The notes beneath the pieces are model-generated. The model made no database searches. It was not told where the DNA came from and was given only the letters and a program-made list of their open reading frames with translations. The translations under genes and the position numbers were made by a program. DNA of 63,139 bases, the filler included. It is 6 parts of 6 records of this genome, joined end to end, with 100 filler letters (N's around TTAATTAATTAA, not from the genome) between each part and the next. Parts side by side here need not be neighbours in the genome. Positions count along the whole stretch, not along the records: positions 1 to 12,069 come from DRR723986_15901; 5 more parts are not named here. One strand, written 5' to 3'. Positions 1 through 9,253 of the stretch are shown here, piece by piece. Numbering within the stretch: the stretch's first letter is position 1; each line of letters opens with the position of its first letter.

Positions 1-103
1 ACCCACCAGAGACTCCCGTTGGTGGGTTGCCCCCAACGCTGCTGGTTCTTATTGGTGGGTTCCACCCACCCTACTAATTCTTGTTGGGTGGGTTTCACCC
101 ATC
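1..103. repeat. Cluster of GTAG-type REP-like palindromes in both orientations
   Basis: 54-74 reverse-complements to GTAG-GGTGGG-TGGAA-CCCACC. Degenerate copies lie at 21-42 and 83-103 (GTTGGGTGGGTTTCACCCATC, opposite orientation), with a partial copy at 1-7. Confidence 0.7.
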
Positions 104-285
104 CGGCAAGTTATTGCTGGTGGACCTAAAGCACTTGTGACAATCGAGTTACACGGATACACTACTGAGCTTCCCTGAGCAGGCTCGGGAAAGAGCTCCA
201 ACGTGGCAGGAAGCTTCATTGGGGCCGATAAAGCTTAAACAATGACGCAAGTCGCGTCATACAAACAGTTTACGGAGAAGACGTC

Positions 286-489
286 ATGCCAAAGATGAAG
301 ACGCACAAAGCTACCAAGAAGCGTTTTCGCTTGACAGCGACCGGCAAGGCGAAGCACCGTGGGGCTGGCACAAGTCACCTTGCGTTCCGACTTTCCCCAA
401 AGCGAAAGCGGAATCTTCGCGGTACGCGAGTACTTGCAGAAGCTTCGACTCGTCAAGTTCGTGATTGCCTTCGTGGCAACAGCTATTAA
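286..489 (+). CDS. rpmI: 50S ribosomal protein L35
   Basis: MPKMKTHKATKKRFRLTATGK signature; lies upstream of rplT. Confidence 0.97.
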   Translation: MPKMKTHKATKKRFRLTATGKAKHRGAGTSHLAFRLSPKRKRNLRGTRVLAEASTRQVRDCLRGNSY

Positions 490-634
490 GCAGCGATCCA
501 CAGCGTAGGTTATTTCATTTCATTCCATGTGACTGGGTTAAACTTCCGACCAAGCCGCCGCGTTTGCCACCTACCGCAAACACAGCACAGTGCCGCCGGA
601 GACCTGAGTAACAAAATTTGCAGGATTTGGTTAA

Positions 635-994
635 GTGGTAAGATCGACCAATGGAGCCGCAAGGCATAAGTCTACCAAGCGAGTTCTGAAGCGAGCGAAG
701 GGTTACGTCGGTGGACGTCGCAAGCTGCTTCGAACAGCTAAAGAGACACTGACTCGCGCGGGCGTTTTCGCGTATCGTGACCGTCGAGTGAAGAAGCGGG
801 AATTCCGACGTCTTTGGATCGTCCGAATCAGCGCTGCATGTCAGCAGAATGACATGCGCTACAGCCAGTTTATCAACGGCCTGAAGAAGGCCAACATCGA
901 ACTGGACCGCAAGACTCTGTCAGAGATGGCTATTCACGACCCAGCCGGATTCCAAGCGGTTGTGGAAAAGGCCAAGGCAGCGCTCGCCGCTTAG
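635..994 (+). CDS. rplT: 50S ribosomal protein L20
   Basis: [20 protein letters not shown] and [18 protein letters not shown] motifs; GTG start. Confidence 0.98.
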   Translation: MVRSTNGAARHKSTKRVLKRAKGYVGGRRKLLRTAKETLTRAGVFAYRDRRVKKREFRRLWIVRISAACQQNDMRYSQFINGLKKANIELDRKTLSEMAIHDPAGFQAVVEKAKAALAA

Positions 995-1093
995 AAGCCC
1001 GCTCAGCCGCCGGATCGCCAGAGTTCGCACTTTGGAATGTACCGCGGAACCAGCGGAGCTTCGGACAGCTCATCATCGACATGAAATCAATCG

Positions 1094-1132
1094 AAGCGGT
1101 GCTAGGTCATTTCCTTGCACCGCTTTCTTTTT
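1094..1132 (+). terminator. Intrinsic terminator after rplT
   Basis: AAGCGGTGC...GCACCGCTT stem followed by TCTTTTT. Confidence 0.7.
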
Positions 1133-1241
1133 GATCTGGCCGAGTCTCGGGCTCGCCGCAGAACAAACGATCGGCTCGCGCCGAGCCGCCAACCGCGGAC
1201 AATACCGTTTTCCGACCAATCGCTCTAGGCAATCCAGTACG

Positions 1242-2270
1242 ATGAAGATTGAAGAATTCGTCAAGCAACTTGATGAACTAGCCAGTGAAGCCGAGAAGGC
1301 GTTCGCAGACGCATCCAACGCCGAGGAATTTGAAGCGGCCCGAATTGCGTTCGCTGGTGCCCGGAGTGGGAAGATCAAAACACTGCAAAAGGCGATGGGC
1401 TCGCTCGACAAAGACCAGCGACCGGCCGGCGGCAAGAAACTCAACGAAACCAAACAACGCATTGCTTCGGCGATGGAGGCAGCAAGCACGTCGGCTCCCG
1501 GAGACAGCAAGGCCCAAAGCGGCCCCGTTCTGGATCCAACGCTTCCAGGATTGCGACGCCATATGGGGCGAGTGCACCCCATCACCCAGACGATCGAAAA
1601 GCTCAAAGAGATAATGGGCAAGCTCGGTTTCGCCGTGGTTGAAGGCCCGGAGGTCGAGGACACTTGGCACAACTTTGTTGCGCTGAATATTCCCGAAGAT
1701 CACCCAGCTCGTGACCCACTGGACAACTTCTATTTGACGCTGGCTGGTAAGTCGGTCGACCCGACGGCCCATAACGCTCGCCTGTTGCGTAGCCAAACAA
1801 GCACGGTTCAGATACGTGTTATGGAAAACCAGCCGCCGCCAGTCCGCATTATCTCACTGGGTCGCGTCTATCGCCCCGATGAGGCTGACGCGACACACTT
1901 CCCGATGTTCCACCAAATGGAAGGACTTTGGGTCGACACCGAAGTCAACATGGCTCAACTGAAGAGTGTGCTCCGCATGTTCGCCAACAACTATTTGGGC
2001 GAAGATGTATCGATACGCTTTCGCCCCAGCTTCTTTCCATTTACCGAACCAAGCGTTGAAGCGGACTTCTTGTGGGACGGCAACTGGATTGAATTCGGTG
2101 GGGCCGGAATGGTAGACCCAAACGTGCTTAAAGCCGTCGGCTACGATCCAGACGAAGTGAGCGGATTTGCGTTCGGCCTAGGCGTTGAACGCCTTTGTAT
2201 GCGACGCCACGGCGTGACCGATATCCGAGACCTTTATCGGAACGATGTCCGGTTCCTGCACCAGTTTTAG
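1242..2270 (+). CDS. pheS: Phenylalanine-tRNA ligase alpha subunit
   Basis: [23 protein letters not shown] and [10 protein letters not shown] motifs. Start placed at ATG 1242 (MKIEEF), not 960. Confidence 0.97.
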   Translation: MKIEEFVKQLDELASEAEKAFADASNAEEFEAARIAFAGARSGKIKTLQKAMGSLDKDQRPAGGKKLNETKQRIASAMEAASTSAPGDSKAQSGPVLDPTLPGLRRHMGRVHPITQTIEKLKEIMGKLGFAVVEGPEVEDTWHNFVALNIPEDHPARDPLDNFYLTLAGKSVDPTAHNARLLRSQTSTVQIRVMENQPPPVRIISLGRVYRPDEADATHFPMFHQMEGLWVDTEVNMAQLKSVLRMFANNYLGEDVSIRFRPSFFPFTEPSVEADFLWDGNWIEFGGAGMVDPNVLKAVGYDPDEVSGFAFGLGVERLCMRRHGVTDIRDLYRNDVRFLHQF

Positions 2271-2329
2271 GCCAATCGCCCTAAACAGACTTCCCTTTCC
2301 AATTCTCTGCTGTATAGAAACGTAATACC

Positions 2330-4357
2330 ATGCTCATCTGTTGGGAGTGGCTTTCACAGTACGTCGATCTGCAGGTGCAATCTGATGATTTAGCATTGCA
2401 GTTTGCCATGAGTGGGCTCAATCACGAATCCACCGAGACCGTTGGCAGCGACACGGTGATCGATCTGGAGGTTACCAGTAATCGCGGCGATTGCCTTGGA
2501 CATATTGGCGTTGCCCGCGAAGCCGCGGTACTGCTCGGCACCGAGCTGAAGATTCCACAGCATGATTACGCGGAATCAAACGAGCAAGCCGGTGATGCAA
2601 TTGCCGTCGAAAACCAATTCATCGACGGCTGCCCTCAATACACGGCTCGGATTGTACGCGGCGTTAAGATCGGCCCCAGTCCTGAGTGGCTTCGTCGCCG
2701 GCTGAATAGTATTGGCGTGTCGTCAGTCAACAACGTGGTCGATGTCACCAATTATGTCATGATGGAATGTGGCCAGCCGCTGCACGCATTCGACTTGAAG
2801 AAGATTCGCGGCGACAAGATCATCGTTCGCCCAGCGACCGACGGGGAGGTGCTCACGGCCATCGACCACCGCGACTACAAACTTGATTCCGACATGGTGG
2901 TTATTGCGGATACCGAAGGTCCAATCGCCCTTGGCGGAGTGATGGGCGGTGCGGACAGTGAAGTTTCGGAGCAGACCGTTGATCTGGTTATCGAAGCTGC
3001 CAGTTTCATTCCCCTGAAGATTCGCCGGGCGGCTCGTAAGTTGAAGCTCCACAGCGCGGCCAGTTTTCGATTCGAAAGACGCCCGGATCCCGAAGGACTC
3101 GACTGGGCAAGCCGCCGGTGCTGCCAATTGATCCAAGAAATCGCAGGTGGCGAAGTGCTTGAGGGCGTCGTCTCCGACGGACAACAACCGGATGCGCGTG
3201 AACCGATTACGCTTCGGCGTTCCCAAGTGGAACGCATTCTAGGCATTGTTGTACCGCCCGAGGATACGGACCGAATCCTCACGCAGCTTGGTTGCGATAT
3301 TCAATCCTCCGACTCCGACAGCTTGGTCGCCCTACCGCCAAGCTGGCGCAGCGATCTGACTCGTGAGGTCGACTTGATTGAAGAGATCGCTCGAATCCAT
3401 GGCTATGATAAGATTCCAGAAGACGTGGCCGTTCCGCTTTCGATCGCCGCAACGCGTCCTCGAGATGTCGCGCTCGCTCGTGCAAGACAGGTTCTATCCG
3501 CTTACGGAATTGACGAAGCGATGACGGCAAGCGTCGTTGGCGAGGCGTTTGAGAAGTGCGGAAGCTTGTGGAGCGACAACGCGGCATTACAGACCGAAAC
3601 TCCGCTTCTGGCTGGGGCAAAACTGCTTCGGCGTTCGCTTCTACCAAGCCTGCTGGGTGCTCGGTACATCAATCAGTCTCAGGCATCGATCTCAGCTCAA
3701 CTCTATGAAGTTGCGACGGTGTTCTTGCCCAACAAGGATCCAGCGGAGCTGCCGGCGCAGAAACCAGTACTGGGATTTGTTTGCGATGGTGACCTGCGGT
3801 TCGCACGCGGTGTGGTTGAAGACTTAATATCACAAGTTGTATCGCCTGAGCTGGAATTGGAGTTCAAAGAAACCAAGCATGACATGTTCGCTGACGGCAC
3901 TTTGCTGCAGATCAGCATTGCCGGATCCAACGCCCTCGGATACGTCGGCCTGCTGAGTTCGAAGACGCAGAAAGAATTTGATTTGGAACACGGCGTTGCA
4001 TGCGCGGAGATTTGCGTAGAATCGCTGACCGAAGCCCTGCAGGAAGTCCGCACGACTCGCCGAGTCAGCATGTTTCCGGCCACGAGTCGCGATTTGAACT
4101 TCGTGGTCGATGAGCCGACACGGTGGGAGAAGCTTGAGTCAATCTGCCGATCGGCAAGCAATGATCTGCTGACCTCAGTGCGTTACCAAGAGACATACCG
4201 CAATGCGAAGAAGGACGGGGCAGGGAAGAAGCGAATCCTCCTGACTCTAGATTTCCAAAGTCTTGACCGCACATTGACCAGCAGCGAAGTTGACGAACAA
4301 GTCGCTGCCATCATTGATGCCTGCTCGAAACAAGCAGACGCTAAACTGCTTGCGTAG
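2330..4357 (+). CDS. pheT: Phenylalanine-tRNA ligase beta subunit (short, 675 aa form)
   Basis: EVTSNRGDCLG, VDVTNYVMMECGQPLHAFD, RSDLTREVDLIEE motifs and C-terminal FDX-ACB domain. Confidence 0.96.
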   Translation: MLICWEWLSQYVDLQVQSDDLALQFAMSGLNHESTETVGSDTVIDLEVTSNRGDCLGHIGVAREAAVLLGTELKIPQHDYAESNEQAGDAIAVENQFIDGCPQYTARIVRGVKIGPSPEWLRRRLNSIGVSSVNNVVDVTNYVMMECGQPLHAFDLKKIRGDKIIVRPATDGEVLTAIDHRDYKLDSDMVVIADTEGPIALGGVMGGADSEVSEQTVDLVIEAASFIPLKIRRAARKLKLHSAASFRFERRPDPEGLDWASRRCCQLIQEIAGGEVLEGVVSDGQQPDAREPITLRRSQVERILGIVVPPEDTDRILTQLGCDIQSSDSDSLVALPPSWRSDLTREVDLIEEIARIHGYDKIPEDVAVPLSIAATRPRDVALARARQVLSAYGIDEAMTASVVGEAFEKCGSLWSDNAALQTETPLLAGAKLLRRSLLPSLLGARYINQSQASISAQLYEVATVFLPNKDPAELPAQKPVLGFVCDGDLRFARGVVEDLISQVVSPELELEFKETKHDMFADGTLLQISIAGSNALGYVGLLSSKTQKEFDLEHGVACAEICVESLTEALQEVRTTRRVSMFPATSRDLNFVVDEPTRWEKLESICRSASNDLLTSVRYQETYRNAKKDGAGKKRILLTLDFQSLDRTLTSSEVDEQVAAIIDACSKQADAKLLA

Positions 4358-4601
4358 CCTACCGTTAAAGCTCGGGGCTCATTTTTAGTGACTCCGCAAA
4401 GTGCCTTCTGGTAGGGCTCGCCGACAGCAAGGAACTTGCAAATCCGGTCCGTGGTGATTCAATCACGGACTCTCTTGCGTTGATGCATTCCGCCTGTGGA
4501 CAGGTTAGGATACTGCATGCTCTCCCCCCTGTCAGTTGAGCCCCCAAGAGCACCTCGACGAGAGCCGACCGCTCATTCTTCCACAATTCTGGACTAGAGA
4601 A

Positions 4602-5522
4602 ATGTCAGAAACTCTTATCAACCGTCGAAGACTCATTGCCGCTTCCCTGGGCGCTACGGCTGGCCTGGCCTCCGGTTCAGTCATGCGATCCGCCTGGGCT
4701 GGCATTCCTCCGTTTGAGCGCCCGACGCCCGGAGTCTTGCGAGTCAGTCTAGCGGCGTATTCCTTGAGAAAACAGCTCACGGCGACAAAGGACAACCCCG
4801 CTGAAATGAGCCTTTTCGACTTTGTCGATTACTGCAAATCGCTGGGCATTCACGGAACAGAACTAACCAGCTACTACTTTCCGAGTGAAGTGACAAAGGA
4901 TTACATTCTGAAGCTGCGGCGTCACTGCCATCTTGCCGGCATGACAATCTCCGGTGGGGCCATTCGCAATGACTTTTGCTCGACAGACGATTCAAAAGTT
5001 GCGAAAGACATCGAACACACGAAGGCTTGGATTCGGCACTACGCACTGCTTGGCGCGCCGGCAATTCGAATATTCGCTGGCAAACAACAGAAGGGTGAAG
5101 AGCTTGATCGGACTCTGGAACGATGCGCGAAACACTGTCAGACTGTCTGCGACTACGCTTACGACCACGGCGTCATTCTTGCACTGGAAAACCACGGTGG
5201 AGTCACAGCAACCGCCGAAGGCCTGCTGCAGATTATTGAGCAAGTGGATTCACCGGCGATTGGCATTAACTTCGACTCAGGCAATTTCAAAGACTTCAGC
5301 GACCCATACGCTGAGCTTGAGAAGATCGCCCCCTATGCTGTGAATGCTCAAGTTAAGGTTGCCGTACAGATATCCGGCAAGAAAACGGAAATGGACATCC
5401 CGCGGGTCACCTCGCTACTCTCCAAGGCAGGTTACAGCGGCTGGGTGGCACTTGAGTATGAAGAAGAGGCACCGCTGGAGCTCATTCCAAGCTGGATTGA
5501 GAAGCTCAAGGCTGCAATTTAG
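4602..5522 (+). CDS. Sugar phosphate isomerase/epimerase (TIM barrel) with Tat-like signal
   Basis: NRRRLIAA twin-Arg leader; LALENHGG, NFDSGNF and ALEYE motifs. Confidence 0.85.
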   Translation: MSETLINRRRLIAASLGATAGLASGSVMRSAWAGIPPFERPTPGVLRVSLAAYSLRKQLTATKDNPAEMSLFDFVDYCKSLGIHGTELTSYYFPSEVTKDYILKLRRHCHLAGMTISGGAIRNDFCSTDDSKVAKDIEHTKAWIRHYALLGAPAIRIFAGKQQKGEELDRTLERCAKHCQTVCDYAYDHGVILALENHGGVTATAEGLLQIIEQVDSPAIGINFDSGNFKDFSDPYAELEKIAPYAVNAQVKVAVQISGKKTEMDIPRVTSLLSKAGYSGWVALEYEEEAPLELIPSWIEKLKAAI

Positions 5523-5619
5523 CGCCCCGAGTTTCGCCACTTTCCCAGAAGAGCTTTGTCGGACACCGCTAAACACAATAGGACCTGAGCAATTGAGAAT
5601 CGTTACAGCCCTTCGGTGC

Positions 5620-6540
5620 ATGCTATTATTCAGCATGTCCATCACCCTTTTCACTGCCAACTGCTGCCAGCAGGTCTGTGCTCAAGAGACCAAAACCAAC
5701 GGTAAGCTGCGTTTGGTCTTGGACGCGGACACAGCCAATGAGATCGACGACATGTACGCGATCATTCGCATGGCGGTGCAAGACAAATATGAGGTTCTTG
5801 GCCTGAATTCAGCGCAATGGCTGCACTACCTTGGTAAACAGGATTCGGTTGGAGCTAGCCAACAAATCAACGAAGATCTGGTTGGCTTGCTGCCGGTGGA
5901 TTGGCCCACAATCAAGGGAGCAGCCGAACCGCTAGGAAAACCGTGGGGCGGAAGCGATCCGAAGGATTCTCCGGCGGCACAGTTCATCATCGAAGCGGTC
6001 CGTCAGACGCCGAGCGACCAGAGATTGACGGTTGTGTGCATCGGGGCGACAACGAACCTGGCGACTGCAATCAAACTCGCTCCAGACATCGCACCGCGGA
6101 TTGACGCCTACTGCATGGGTTTTCGCTACGACGCGGAGAAGGCTGTTTGGAACAAGTCAGAATTTAACGTCCGGCGCGATCTAAATGCGGCTGACTTCCT
6201 GCTCAACCAGAAAGATCTTGAGCTGCACGTCATGAGCGCTACGACGAGCGAAATCTACAAATTTGATCGCGATGACACCTTTGAGCGTCTGAGCCGCATG
6301 GGCAAACTCGGAGAATACCTGACCGAGAAGTGGAAGGCTCGTTTTGCCGATAGCGAACGATGGGTAATGTGGGATCTCGCGTTGATTGAGGCGATGCTCC
6401 ACCCGCACCTAGCGGAGCAGAAGCAAGTAGCCACACCACCGGAAAACACTCAACGCAAAGTCTGGATGTACACCAGCATCGACGCCGATGCGATGCGTGA
6501 AGATTTCTGGCGATCTGTTCAGCCGCTTGCCACCAAATGA
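5620..6540 (+). CDS. Inosine/uridine-preferring nucleoside hydrolase family protein, probably exported
   Basis: LVLDADTANEIDD Asp-rich motif, GATTNLA, EFNV and WD motifs; hydrophobic N-terminus. Start is approximate. Confidence 0.85.
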   Translation: MLLFSMSITLFTANCCQQVCAQETKTNGKLRLVLDADTANEIDDMYAIIRMAVQDKYEVLGLNSAQWLHYLGKQDSVGASQQINEDLVGLLPVDWPTIKGAAEPLGKPWGGSDPKDSPAAQFIIEAVRQTPSDQRLTVVCIGATTNLATAIKLAPDIAPRIDAYCMGFRYDAEKAVWNKSEFNVRRDLNAADFLLNQKDLELHVMSATTSEIYKFDRDDTFERLSRMGKLGEYLTEKWKARFADSERWVMWDLALIEAMLHPHLAEQKQVATPPENTQRKVWMYTSIDADAMREDFWRSVQPLATK

Positions 6541-6550
6541 TGGTGGAAGT

Positions 6551-8332
6551 TTAGCTTTGTCGCTGCACGATCTGCTCGGCTAAGAATCGGATCCGCTTGA
6601 TCATGCCATCCAAGCCGCTTCGGCGCTGGGTGGAGACAAACTGATCGAAGCCAATCTTGCGGAAGAATGATTCGATGTCGAAGTCGAGAATTGCATCTGC
6701 TCTCTGGCCAGAGAACAGCTTCAGCAAAACAGCGATCAAGCCACGCACAACTTCGGCATTTGAATCTGCAGAAAACTCAAAACTCTCAGGTGTATCAGGG
6801 TTTGGGCGTCCAACCAGGTAGACTTCACTCATGCAACCGGGCACCGCCGTCGTTAGTGCTTTCAGTTGTTCGAATTCGCGTGGCAATTCGTCACCAAGCT
6901 CCATCAGCAACTCTGTCTTGCTTTCGCGATCATCGAACATGAGGAACTCTTCGGCCAACAGGTCAGCCGCCGCCGTAGGTGAGTCCGCGGTTGCCTCGCC
7001 AAACGTCAGCACAGTCGATTCTCCGCCGTTCGACTCGCCCGCCTGGTCTGCACTGTCAACTGCGGCAGTTGAATGATCACTTGATGACGTACCACCTTGC
7101 TTGGCTAGACGATTGTCGATCAGCCGTTTGAGTGATGCAACGCACAAGTCGACTTCTTCCGGAGTGTTGTACATCGCCAGAGAAATGCGGCTGGTACCTG
7201 GAACATCAAGCTGCCCCATGAGCGGCATACAGCAGTGGTGTCCGGTACGAATTGCGATGCCATCGTTGCTTAAATGCGTAGCAATATCGATCGGTGCGAT
7301 ACTCGGTTGCTCGATCACGATGCTAATCACGGACGCTTTGTCATCCGAGTCACCAACGATGCGGATTCCTGGTACGGCACGCAGTTTCTCATTCGCGTAT
7401 CGAAGTAGGTCCGTTTCATACTTGCTGATGCGTTCGAAACCGATACTGTTGACATAATCAATGGCTGCACCGAGCCCGATCGCTCCAGCAATGTCTGGTG
7501 TTCCCGCCTCAAATCGGTTCGGCAGTGGTGCGTAAGTTGTTTCAGAAAAAGTAACTGTCTCGATCATGTCGCCACCGCCCATAAACGGCGGCATTGCCTC
7601 AAGCAGTTCTCGTTTCCCCCAAAGCACTCCGATGCCAGTCGGTGCAAAGAGCTTGTGCCCGCTGAAGGTGTAAAAATCACATCCCAGTGCAACAACGTCG
7701 GTCGCCTGATGCCCAACCCACTGGGCACCGTCGATCAAGGCGAGTGCCCCCGCTTCGTGCACCAGACTTACAGCAGCGGTAACGTCATGGATTGTTCCAA
7801 GGGCGTTTGAAACATGCTGCATGGAGAGCATCTTGGTCTGGCTATTGATCAATTTCTTGAGTTCTGCCAGATCCAGCCGACCATTCTCGTCTGCGTTCCA
7901 GACAACCAATTTTGCACCAACTTCAGCACAAACCAATTGCCAAGGGACGATATTCGAGTGATGCTCCAGCCCGGTAACGATGACTTCGTCGCCGTGCCTG
8001 AGATTGTGGCGGCCCCATGATGAAGCAACCAGGTTGATTGCTTCGGTGGTTCCTCGGACAAACAAACACTCGGCTGCATCAGCGACATTCAGAAAACTTG
8101 CAACCTTTTTACGCGCCGCTTCGAACGCATCGGTTGCCCGCTGGCTCAATTCATAAACGCCGCGGTGAATGTTGGCATTGTCGCGTTGGTAAAAGTTCAC
8201 CAGCGCATCGATGACGACCTGCGGTTTCTGTGTTGTTGCACCATTGTCGAAATAGACCAATGGTTTGCCATTCATCTCCGTAGCGAGAATTGGAAAATCG
8301 CCGCGAATTTGATTTGCTAGTTGCGTGTCCAT
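6551..8332 (-). CDS. sufS: SufS-type cysteine desulfurase fused to a C-terminal SufE domain
   Basis: YFDNGATTQKP, FSGHK (PLP Lys) and RTGHHC motifs, then a Ser/Gly/Ala linker, then SufE-like VPGCMSEVY...DSNAEVVRGL...RRSGL. Confidence 0.92.
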   Translation of the reverse strand: MDTQLANQIRGDFPILATEMNGKPLVYFDNGATTQKPQVVIDALVNFYQRDNANIHRGVYELSQRATDAFEAARKKVASFLNVADAAECLFVRGTTEAINLVASSWGRHNLRHGDEVIVTGLEHHSNIVPWQLVCAEVGAKLVVWNADENGRLDLAELKKLINSQTKMLSMQHVSNALGTIHDVTAAVSLVHEAGALALIDGAQWVGHQATDVVALGCDFYTFSGHKLFAPTGIGVLWGKRELLEAMPPFMGGGDMIETVTFSETTYAPLPNRFEAGTPDIAGAIGLGAAIDYVNSIGFERISKYETDLLRYANEKLRAVPGIRIVGDSDDKASVISIVIEQPSIAPIDIATHLSNDGIAIRTGHHCCMPLMGQLDVPGTSRISLAMYNTPEEVDLCVASLKRLIDNRLAKQGGTSSSDHSTAAVDSADQAGESNGGESTVLTFGEATADSPTAAADLLAEEFLMFDDRESKTELLMELGDELPREFEQLKALTTAVPGCMSEVYLVGRPNPDTPESFEFSADSNAEVVRGLIAVLLKLFSGQRADAILDFDIESFFRKIGFDQFVSTQRRSGLDGMIKRIRFLAEQIVQRQS

Positions 8333-8506
8333 GAACACTCCCGTGTTGAGCGTGACGCTCACCGTTATGCAGAGACTAATTGTCCGTCGGCGTTTTCTTG
8401 TCTGTCGGCATTATCGAGTCGCGAAAAGGCCCTTGACCAAAGTGCAGCTCCGTTGGGTTATTCGCCGCGGGTTATTGGCCTAACAAGATCGCCGTGCTGA
8501 ATGAAC

Positions 8507-8956
8507 TTACTCTGGAGTTCGGACACCAACACTGAGCAAGAGGTTTGCCCAAAGTGCTTGATCTGCGGTTTGAATCGTGAGAATGTGGTCGTTGGACTCG
8601 ACTGCCTCGTAGAAATCCCACTTCACGATTGGCTCCAGCTCGCGGGCAGAACCAGCATCTTTGAGGATTTTGCGATACTCGTGCCAAACCGGCGGATCTT
8701 CCTGCGACGCGTATTCATCGCTTTGGTCGATCCCCATGGTGTTGATTACGTCAATTGGCAGCTCCGCGAGAATCGCCGTCAACACCTGGGCGACGGTCGG
8801 AATGCCGGGAGAGAGCTGCAACGAAACCAATTTCGCTCGAGGGCCAATTTTCGTGGCCGCAGGATAGTTCCCATCGGCTATCAAAATCTTCGAGTGATGC
8901 CCAGCCTCTGCACACGCCTTGAGAATGTCGGGATGGAGAAGAGTTGTCTTTAGCAT
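8507..8956 (-). CDS. RbsD/FucU family mutarotase/pyranase
   Basis: AGHHSKILIADGNYP motif; ends WANLLLSVGV. Confidence 0.88.
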   Translation of the reverse strand: MLKTTLLHPDILKACAEAGHHSKILIADGNYPAATKIGPRAKLVSLQLSPGIPTVAQVLTAILAELPIDVINTMGIDQSDEYASQEDPPVWHEYRKILKDAGSARELEPIVKWDFYEAVESNDHILTIQTADQALWANLLLSVGVRTPE

Positions 8957-9253
8957 GGAATCAGTCCCGTTGAAAAATCAAAATGCTGGTAGAGAGAAGG
9001 GCAATCTGGCCGGAGGCTACCCGAATCTGCTTGTCGATTGAGCCGGCTTTCGGATGCGCAGTTTGGGTTGCAAAAGCGCACGAACGGTTTGAAAACACAC
9101 TCAATCCAGCGGCTCAGACGCTAATCCAGTGGCTCAGACAAGAGTCGAGCGTTCAGATACCTCTTTCCAGATCATCCAGTCAGCTCATCCAGTCGGCGAC
9201 GTTAGATGAACGCCTGCTATTGTCGAACGCTTGCCGAACTCTGCAATGGCCCC

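Noticed and set aside
1..110. CRISPR array
   Set aside because: The units are degenerate, occur in both orientations and are separated by only about 8-13 nt. No cas genes are present.
1081..1134. pheM-like attenuator peptide ([17 protein letters not shown]) before pheS
   Set aside because: It has only two scattered Phe codons and overlaps the terminator itself, which is the wrong geometry for attenuation.
960..1241. N-terminal extension of PheS in the ORF track
   Set aside because: It overlaps rplT and a terminator. Homology begins at MKIEEF (1242). Similar over-extended starts were trimmed for several other genes.
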